Assembly: GCA_043228905.1 (NCBI GenBank)
Contig: JBHGNT010000021.1
Span: 2,232,001 to 2,296,000 of the forward strand
Length of the DNA stretch: 64,000 bases
DNA from: Azolla caroliniana
Lineage: Eukaryota; Plantae; Polypodiophyta
Direction of reading: 5' to 3'
Shown in pieces: positions 52,201 to 61,003 of this stretch. A program made the position numbers and the translations under genes. The notes beneath the pieces were generated by a model, which was given only the letters and a program-made list of their open reading frames with translations, did no database searches and was not told the DNA's origin. Position 1 is the first letter of the stretch; every line of letters begins with the position of its first letter.

Positions 52201-54985
52201 AAGAAGGTGCATGTCTCTTCTATGAAAATTTTCCATGTCTTCTTAATTGAAGAGGCATGAATGAGAAACCTATTATGCTAGAATGCATTGTTGTAGACAT
52301 TGCTTCAAGAAAAAACTAAAAGATTGAATAATGTGTGAATTTTTCTTACAGATACCAATGTCAGATGTGACTTCAGTTATTGATGGTCTCAAAAAACTTT
52401 ACGTAGAAAAACTCAAGCCACTGGAGGTCACCTACCAATTCCATGACTTTGTTACACCCCTTCTGGTAGGTTTAATCCCTCAATTCCCTACTTATTTTAC
52501 ATGGGTATATATGTAGTTCTCAATAAATTATGGAAGTTTGAATACTTCATCTGTTGAGTATGTTATTGCCATAATGGATTTATTTATAAAGAGAGAACAT
52601 CTTAATTCCTCAAGAAATAATCATGAGGTAATAAATGGATGGCAGCCAGAAAAGAGGAAGTATAATAAGAATTTCAAACTAAAGCAGTAATTTGAAAATG
52701 AGTTAAAAAATCAATTCAAATTTGATTTGAAACCGTGTCTTGGTAAATATTTCTTTCTTTGTGTACGAACCCGTATTGTTGGATTTTTCTAGTTCACAGT
52801 AGAATGTCTATTGTATTGTGAAGGTAAATCCTTTATGAAAAATAAGCTACAATAGGTTGCATGATAGAAATTTTTTCTCACGTGTCAGGCTCTTTCTTTG
52901 CATGTTTCATATTGTCTGTTTTTAATTATAATTAATTTAACAGACTGAAAGCGAGTTTGATGCTAAGCCCATGGTCATGCTTCTAGGCCAGTATTCTACT
53001 GGGAAAACTACATTCATTAAACATCTTTTAAGAGCAAACTATCCAGGTAAGGGAAAATGGAACTTTTCTATGCTAATTATTTTCACTTAATTCCTTACTT
53101 ACTTTTTGTTTTTGGTTTCTTTCTAGGAGCACATATTGGGCCAGAACCCACAACTGACCGTTTTGTTGTTGTGATGGTGTGTTATAGTGTTAATGAAATG
53201 TTAACCTCTTGTAGTGCATGAATCTTTCATTATTTCCTTATATGTTTGTATTTTCCATGGAATTCTTTTATGAAGGGAGGGTCCGACTATCGAAGTGTAC
53301 CAGGAAATACCATTGCAGTGCAAGCTGACATGCCATTCCGTGGATTATCAAAATTTGGAGGAGCTTTTCTATCAAAATTTGAATGCTCCCAGATGCCTCA
53401 TCCTGTGAGTTTACTGATGTATGTGTCATCTACCGTCTTCTCAAAGATTTTTTAAATGATTAGTTCCTGGGTGCCCTTTATATGATAAGCTATTGGAACA
53501 TATCACCTTTGTGGATACACCTGGAGTGCTTTCTGGAGAAAAGCAAAGGACACAAAGAAGCTACGATTTTACTGGTGTGACTGAATATTTTGCTGCTAAG
53601 TGTGATCTGATATTGCTCTTATTCGATCCACATAAGCTAGATATCAGTGATGAGTTCAAGAGGGTCATTGGTTCCTTGCGTGGACATGATGATAAAATAA
53701 GGGTGGTCTTGAATAAGGCAGATCAAGTTGACACGCAACAGGTGCAGTGACTACTGTATATTGAAGTGTTCTTTCTGGAATTCTTTGTTTGCAAAGTTTT
53801 TTTAGCAACAGATCTCTTTTTCTACAGTTGATGAGAGTCTATGGGGCACTTATGTGGTCTCTTGGAAAAGTTCTGAATACACCTGAAGTAAATCGTGTTT
53901 ATATTGGGTGCGAATTTTTTATCTGGTCATATTATTTATTGGTATTGACAACCAATCATAGCTTGACTGAGGACCATATGAATTTTGGACAGATCGTTTA
54001 ATGATAAACCCATTGATGAACGGGCTGTAGGCCCTATTGGTAAGGAACTCTTTGAGAGGGAGCAAGAAGACCTTTTAGCAGATTTGAAGGACATACCGCG
54101 GAAAGCGTGCGATCGAAGAGTGAGATTCTGAACCTATTTTTCAAACTACTGCACTATATATATGTATAGCTCTCTATATATAATCCAAGTAAAGTATATG
54201 TATATAGACAGAGTTCTATGTTTAGAAAGCATCCATCACAAATATGTGTCATTGTACATTTAGGTCCTTACAACTTTATTTACTTCTCCAGATAAATGAA
54301 TTTGTGAAACGAGCACGGGCAGCAAAAATCCATGCTTACATTATTGGCCATCTGAAGAAGGAAATGCCTGCTCTCATGGGCAAAGTAAAGACACAGCAGC
54401 GCCTAATAGACAACTTGGAGGAGGAATTTGGAAAGGTTTGTACTTTCTTTCAAGCATTTTAACTTTCCATAGAAGTTTTGTTATTGCTCCTTTACACACT
54501 CTTTCTCATGTAGTTACATAGATCATGCATGTACATGATATAGAATATAGGACTGCACCGCGTACCATCATTATCATTTAGTACATCTGTCATTGCATTT
54601 ATAATTCTACATTATTTATCCTTTATTTGATGATATACGAACAGCAGACTACACGTGTTGTACTTACGAATTTTCTCATAGGTGGGCTTTTGGCCTCTAC
54701 TGTGCTAATATAACGTTATTGCTTTTCCTCTTCTTCTTTCATGCACCATTTCAAGCCATTTTCTGGATATAAATATTGCACTTCTCTATGTTCATGAAGG
54801 TTCAAAGGGAGCATCACCTTCCAGCAGGAGACTTCCCAAATGCTGATCACTTTCGGGAGATCCTTTCTGGTTACAATTTTGACAAGCTTGAAAAGCTGAA
54901 ACCGAAGATGATTCAGGCTGTGGATGACATGCTTGGCTACGACATTCCAAATCTCCTCAAAAGATTCCGAAACCCATATGACTAA
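43813..54985 (+). CDS. EHD1: EH domain-containing protein (EHD1-like, N-terminal EH domain plus dynamin-like ATPase), 543 aa
   Basis: Exons 43813-43897, 45666-45745, 51524-51592, 51705-51762, 51853-51905, 52005-52044, 52145-52206, 52352-52465, 52944-53046, 53127-53176, 53276-53404, 53490-53741, 53828-53907, 53993-54119, 54292-54435, 54800-54985 (1632 nt, in frame). DQDGDGRITG, LKQVWAVAD, GQYSTGKT, IGPEPTTDRF, VDTPGVLSGEKQR, VLNKAD, FRNPYD*. Confidence 0.96.
44050..45640. repeat. Ancient degenerate ~75-125-bp tandem array in EHD intron 1, interrupted by an insertion
   Basis: Recurrent (GC)TTTGTAAG...TGATAAATC...GGAAATGTT..TTACA units near 44055, 44163, 44240, 44353, 44427, 44532, 44653, 44776, 45442, 45559. 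Confidence 0.55.
44827..45315. mobile_element. Possible solo LTR splitting one array unit
   Basis: Unit motif GGAAATGTTG|TTTACAG is split. ATGTTG occurs at both flanks (44823-44828, 45315-45320). Ends in AAACA. Confidence 0.35.
45793..47780 (-). mobile_element. Stack of RTE-clade LINE fragments and microsatellite tails in EHD intron 2
   Basis: (TA)n(GA)n plus family B end 45857-46135; (GA)n plus family A end 46229-46305; family A end plus RT fragment 46310-47015 (GVKQGCSLSPTL, LLYANDVV, FKYLG); family B 47020-~47600; inverted family B end 47690-47780. Confidence 0.85.
48213..48539. repeat. ~163-bp tandem duplication
   Basis: GGAAACAA.GGAAGCTGTGAAGGCATAGTAGCA at 48213 and 48375; both units end GAAGCCAATCCCCTATATTTA. 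Confidence 0.9.
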
Positions 54986-55327
54986 GGATATGGAATATAG
55001 AAAATGAATCGACAATCAAATACCATAACCGACATGTATAGCTAATGAGATGGTTCAATGTTCTCGGTGTGGACAGCGATAATGCAAACTACCTAAGAAA
55101 TGCAGTGTGCCTTTATGGTGCTTGATTGAGGCTTGCATTTTTATTGAGGTTGGTTGTAAATTATTCAAGCAAAACAGTGCTTGGATATTTCTTATTCCTA
55201 ATATATTTGTTGAATACTATATGTTGTAATGTTATGATTTTGAGTGACCAGTCATTATCAGAAAAGATACACATCTTGCAGAATGGGGGAATAAAGTGTG
55301 CTAGTTAGTACTGGCTCAATAGTTGTG

Positions 55328-55635
55328 TCTTAGCTCATGAACTAACTAAATCATATCTGCGAATAAGAATCAAAATTGTTATGTACTGTTAATTCATTCA
55401 TGCCTTCCACTTGGATGTATCTAGTGATAATTGGATATTTTTTACTCCTACTCTGAAACATGCTTCATTTGATTATATCTATCTTAGCTCATGAACTAAC
55501 TAAATCATATCTGCGAATAAGAATCAAAATTGTTATGTACTGTTAATTCATTCATGCCTTCCACTTGGATGTATCTAGTGATAATTGGATATTTTTCACT
55601 CCTACTCTGAAACATGCTTCATTTGATTATATCTA
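55328..55635. repeat. Near-perfect 154-bp tandem duplication downstream of EHD
   Basis: TCTTAGCTCATGAACTAACTAAATC... at 55328 and 55482. Confidence 0.95.
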
Positions 55636-56996
55636 ACATTATTTTCTTGAATGCAATTAAGAAGTTAGTGTTGAAAAGAAGACCGTGTGATGGAAAGAGT
55701 CAAGGCACGAGTTTGTGTAGTCATTTGGACTCCAACCTTATTTTGGAACTTGGCTTTTAAGCATACCAATAGGAGTGCTTACAATCACCATTAGACCAAA
55801 TATATCTGTTGTAGATTTTAAATGTGTTTCTGGCTTGGTAACATATGTTGGGGTCATGTCGCAAGTTTGTAATATTTATACGAGCAATTAAGTAAGTATA
55901 TGAATATGAGTACCTCAGTTGAGGCAAGACAACTAGAAGAATAGAAATGCAAGGTTACCTTGAATGAACATTTGTAGAGGATGTATACAACATGGAATGG
56001 AAGAACAATAAGACAATGGTTATGGAGAATGTTGGAGAATTGAAAATGGTAAAGCTTTTAAAAGTTCAAAAAAACAATATATTCTGATTTTAATACATGC
56101 ATTATTATTCCACAGGTTGTGATGAATGTGGTTGAGATTGATGATTGTGGAAGTAGTCCATGATTGAATTGTTTTGTTGGTAAGGAAAGCAAAACCATAA
56201 GATAAATTAAATGACTATTAAATGTTTCTTGTCATAATAATCATTAATTAGCAAGCATTCTTCACACTCACTTGTCTAACCTTGGCATATATCGTTTGAA
56301 ATTTATTCACTTCTTGTTATGATATCCTTTCTCTAACAACTCAATGCCTAACAGAACAACTTATGCTCATGTGATATGAACCTTTGAATCAAAACTTGAT
56401 TCATGCATACCACCAAATGTTGAAGACATTTTTACATGTTGGAAATAACCATTTGCTCTGCCTTAAGTTTTGCACATTGAAATCGAGCTATTGAAGCATC
56501 TATTCATTTTCACAAGCAGAACAACCGCTCGAGGAAAGAATCTCCAGTTGATCCAATAAACAAATTGCCAAATTAAATATTGCTTTATGGAATGGGAGTG
56601 TAGGGTCACTATCACATTTGGTGCATGTAATGAAATAGAGAAAATCCAACAATTTTTCTTATGCAGTCAATTGGCCCATTGAGGTGCTAACCATGCAAAG
56701 AGTATACAATGATATCCTAAAGGTCAAGAATATGCTTGACCACAACTTGCCAAAACAAGATTGGAACTCCCTGATGATGCTATGAAGTATGTGATCATCT
56801 AGGATAATGGTAATCCATAATCTTAGCGTATAAGGTAATTTGTGAGAAGGATGATGACTTATTAGACAAACATGATAATCCCCACTAAATAGATGAGTAC
56901 ATATGTTGTGTGCAGTATTTTCACGTAGAGAGTTTTTGCAACACAATAGCAACATAGGAAGGAGTCATGTACAAGATGATAAGTAGGAACAAGCAA

Positions 56997-57234
56997 CTCT
57001 CTCTCTCTCTCTCTCTCTAGGGATCTAAAGACTACTACGACTCCAAACTCAATGCTCTCTCTCTCTCTATCTAGGGATCTAAAGATTACTACGACTCCAA
57101 ACTCAATGCTCTCTCTCTCTCTCTCTCTCTCTAGGTATCTAAAGACTACTATGCCTCCAAACTCAATGCTCTCTCTGTCTCTAGGTCATATTTGACCTTT
57201 GAAGACGATAATAGAATCTATCTATCTATCTATC
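56997..57234 (+). repeat. Three 36-bp units separated by (CT)n, followed by an RTE family A 3' tip with (TCTA)n tail
   Basis: AGGGATCTAAAGACTACTACGACTCCAAACTCAATG (with minor variants) at 57019, 57073, 57133. AGGTCATATTTGACCT..GACGATAATAGAATCTATCTA from 57183. Confidence 0.85.
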
Positions 57235-58555
57235 ATGGGCTAGGCCCTGTCTCATAGATCACAATCTGTTTCCCATGGACATTAAAAGGATATCTATCTA
57301 TCGATCTATCAATCTATTGCGTAGCTCCCACACCATCCAATGAAAACTAGTTAGTCGCAGTATGATGCATCGCGGGAGGGGAGGAGATCCATGCATGCAT
57401 GGTATGCCGATGTGCCACAAAATCACATGTGTACATTATATAGATATTGGTTGAGAAGAAGAGAAGGGAGAAAGTGGAGTGGGTGGTCACAAGGAAGAGT
57501 TGACGGCGCTTCTTTGGAAAGTGTTTTCCCATCTCTTGTTTTTCTTCATATTATTGATTCACAAGAAAAGAAAAAACCCCTCTCTTCCTCTCCTCTGTCT
57601 CTGTCTCTGTCGTTCACTCTCTGTCTCTCCCTGTTCGCGTGCTCAGGTTTGGTCTCCACTCTCTCTATCTCTCTCTTCCATCGATGGATGGATCCAATGT
57701 TTTTTTATTTCTTTCTTCCATCGATGGATGGATCCAATGTTTTTTTCTTTACTTTTTTTTTTTCTTCACTGAGAAGAGAGATCTTCTTCTCTAGCAGTTG
57801 TGATGACCATTGATGCCTTTTTTCTTTTATGATTGAAAGGACTCACAACCTCTCTCTCTCTCTCTCTCGCAATTGAAATTGCTGCCCATCATCCTTTTCA
57901 TTGAGTTGATAGCTAATGGTGCAATGTTACCTATCTCTATTGCACATGTGTAAACATCTTTCTTCCTTTTCATTGAGTTGATAGCTAAGGGTGCTATGTT
58001 ACCTATCTCTATTGTATATTTTCCCTTTGATGAAGTTGAATTCCACTGTTTTTGCATATTAAAATATCCATTTTGTCTCCCTTTGATTGCAATTGCATTG
58101 TATTCTCACTACATTTTTAGCTATGATGCATTTGCATTGTATTATGACTGGATTTTTAGCTATGATGCGATTGCGTTTGATCCTATGATATGTGCACACA
58201 TCTATCTAGATTTGGTTAGCTTTGGTGAGTAGTATAGATTGAAGGTGAAGGATTGGTGGCCGTCTAATTGTTGTCAATGATCCATATATTGTTTTAGCAA
58301 TTAGTTCAAGCTGAATTGAATATATATATGCAACCAAAGACTTATAGGGGAAGAGAAAACATGACGGAGTATATTTGTGTTATTGTCACTGTGTAGGTGG
58401 GTGAAAAACACGTGAAAGGAGAACAAACTCTAAGAGTAGAAAGTTATTGCCTATCCAGGTTCAAAATCAATCTCTTCCTACTTAATTTATTCTTGCTCGT
58501 GAACAATTTTTTCCCAAAAATCATACTGATCTTCCATTAGGTGGTAAGAAAGAGA

Positions 58556-59930
58556 ATGCGGATGGTGGGATTAACTGGGGGGATCGCGTCAGGGAAGAGC
58601 ACAGCTTCCACTGAATTTCAGACTCGTGGATTGCCCATCATCGATGCTGACAAAATCGCTCATGTGAGATACACATTTGTTTTCTATGTATGAGAGAGAT
58701 GATGTATTATTGTTCTCTGGAGTGCAGTAACCTCATTGATTGGTGTAGAAAACAGACATGATATGATTCTTCTGTGTGAGATTGTAGAAGGGAGTCTCAA
58801 TTTGTTCTTGATTTGCCACTATTCTTGAAGGAAGCATAGGTAGGTTTCTATTTTTTGACGGGTTTCCTGACGCTGATTGTTCCTTCTTTCGTAAAAGGCA
58901 CAATGTGCATACCTTGGAATGCCTCATTGACATATTGACCATCATGCTCTTATTCACCGTTTCATGCGTAAATCTGACCTGATTATCATTGAGTTTTTGC
59001 CATGCAATTCTGATGGAAGGTGTTCCATTGTGCTGCATAGAAAATGTCATAAACAACAATTTTAAAATGATAGCCATAAGATGTTTGGCTTAAAACATTG
59101 AATCAAGTTTGATAATTCAATAAATCTTTCCATGAGATAGTTTGATAAAGTCTTATTTATAAACCTTCGTATGATCAAATTACGTTTCTTTTATTTTTTC
59201 AGGCAGCATTAAGAAAAGGAACGCTTGCCTACAGGAGAGTTATTGCAGCCTTTGGGAATGAGATTCTACTCGAAAATGGGGATGTAAACCGTGCCCGACT
59301 TGGAGAGATCATCTTCTCTGATCCTGTAAAACGCAAAGTGCTGAATTCGTAAGCTTTATAAATTGGTTTTTGAGCTTATATCTAATATTTGGTGTGGTTT
59401 TATAGAGTGTTTATTTCATGAATCCCAATATATTGTTTCAAAAACCATTTTACATTGTCATTATTAAAGGGCATGTAGGTAATACCTTATCTTCTTGTTG
59501 TAGGGCCATGTCATTCTCAATAGCAATGGGAATCTATTGGGAGATATTCAAACACTGGATTAAAGGGACTAGGGTTGTTATTCTGGATATACCGCTTTTA
59601 TTTGAGGCCAAGCTGGATAGACTAACAAAACCCATTATTGTAGTATGGGTGGATGCTGAAACTCAAGAAAAGAGACTTGTGAAGAGAGATGGGATTTCTA
59701 GAGAACAAGCAACAAAGAAGATTGTGTCACAGCTTCCATTAGATTGGAAGCGTGATCATGGTAATGTTGTGATTGATAACTCTGGCACATTAGAGGCATT
59801 GAAAGATCAGGTCACTGATGTATATGAGCAAATAACAGTACCTTTAAGTTGGAAAGAGCTCGTTCTTTCAAGGTCAGGCGTGTTGACAATAGTTGTTACC
59901 GTCTTTTCCTTATGTTTTCTTATAAGATGA
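58556..59930 (+). CDS. COAE: Dephospho-CoA kinase (CoaE/DPCK), 226 aa
   Basis: Exons 58556-58663, 59203-59348, 59504-59930 (681 nt). VGLTGGIASGKST P-loop, IDADKIAH, VILDIPLLFE, RLVKRDG, VIDNSG, hydrophobic C-terminal tail. Confidence 0.95.
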
Positions 59931-61003
59931 TGCCTGTAATCGATATATACTGATTCTACACCACTTAAGTTTATAATTTGAACATTGCATCTGATACGGT
60001 GCACATGTTCAGCAAAATTTTACTTCTCTATTATTCTGGAGTTGATGATACACGTTAGAGAACATTTCAAAATCGTTAAGTCTGTTGATTAGTAAAATTG
60101 ATTTGTAAATGTGCCCTATTGATTAACCACATGCAGCATATTCCAGTCATGTGACGTTTGATGGATTATGCCAGAATATGTTCGATGCATTTGATTTAAC
60201 ACATTTCTAATTCATAGCCAATAAGGCGATGTCGAACAAATTTTTTGAGGTTTCCATCACCAACCATGTTGTTCCGGATGGTGGATTTCAAACAGCTCTC
60301 ACATATGAATTACATATTCATTTGGCGCAGCCCACAACCACTCGTACATTAGGGTGGGAAGCATTGCAACAAGTCTTTCTTGCACGCCATCCTCCATATC
60401 ACAATTGATCCACACTCCCTTCACCACCTCACGCGCACCATCTACCTCAAACAACCACTGCATCCCTAGTGTTTGGATTGGAGATTCCCCAAATACAACA
60501 CCTTTTACCAAAACACGTCTGGTTGGTCGATCCAAAAGGAAAAGCTCCCACAGACACTTCAATCAACACCTTTTTTTAGCTCCTGCTCACTAATCCTAAC
60601 GAATACCATTTTCTTCTTTCTAAACGTCAACCACCAAGACAAATAGAGAATAGGATCACAAACACGACCATCCACAACTTATCTTTCTACACCCTCATTT
60701 GCCACAAAAAACATCTCTCAGGTCTAGGTCTCTCATATATACCACCAAGCATTTTCCTGAATAAAACAAGCCTCATGTATTCCTTCAAAGCCTTCTCTAG
60801 ATCTCTTCATCTCTGTTGTTTCTGTTGCCCTAACAATAATTCTCTCACCCCTTTTTGAGTTCATAGCCCTTATTGGAATCCAAGTCATATTTACCCTCAA
60901 CTTATCAACCTAGGTGAACTGTCTTTTCTTCAATCCATTGCATCACCCACAATCACCAAAATACATTATTGTTCTCATGCTTCTCCCACTCTTGTTTTCA
61001 AAA

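Noticed and set aside
55640-56990. Possible decayed copia sequence
   Set aside because: Too degenerate to support boundaries or domains by eye.
56997-57180. CRISPR-like array (36-bp repeats)
   Set aside because: Spacers are (CT)n microsatellites, no cas genes are present, and the context is eukaryotic.
17205-59930. Functional gene cluster (RGP, EHD, DPCK)
   Set aside because: Unrelated housekeeping functions separated by TE debris; no evidence of co-regulation.
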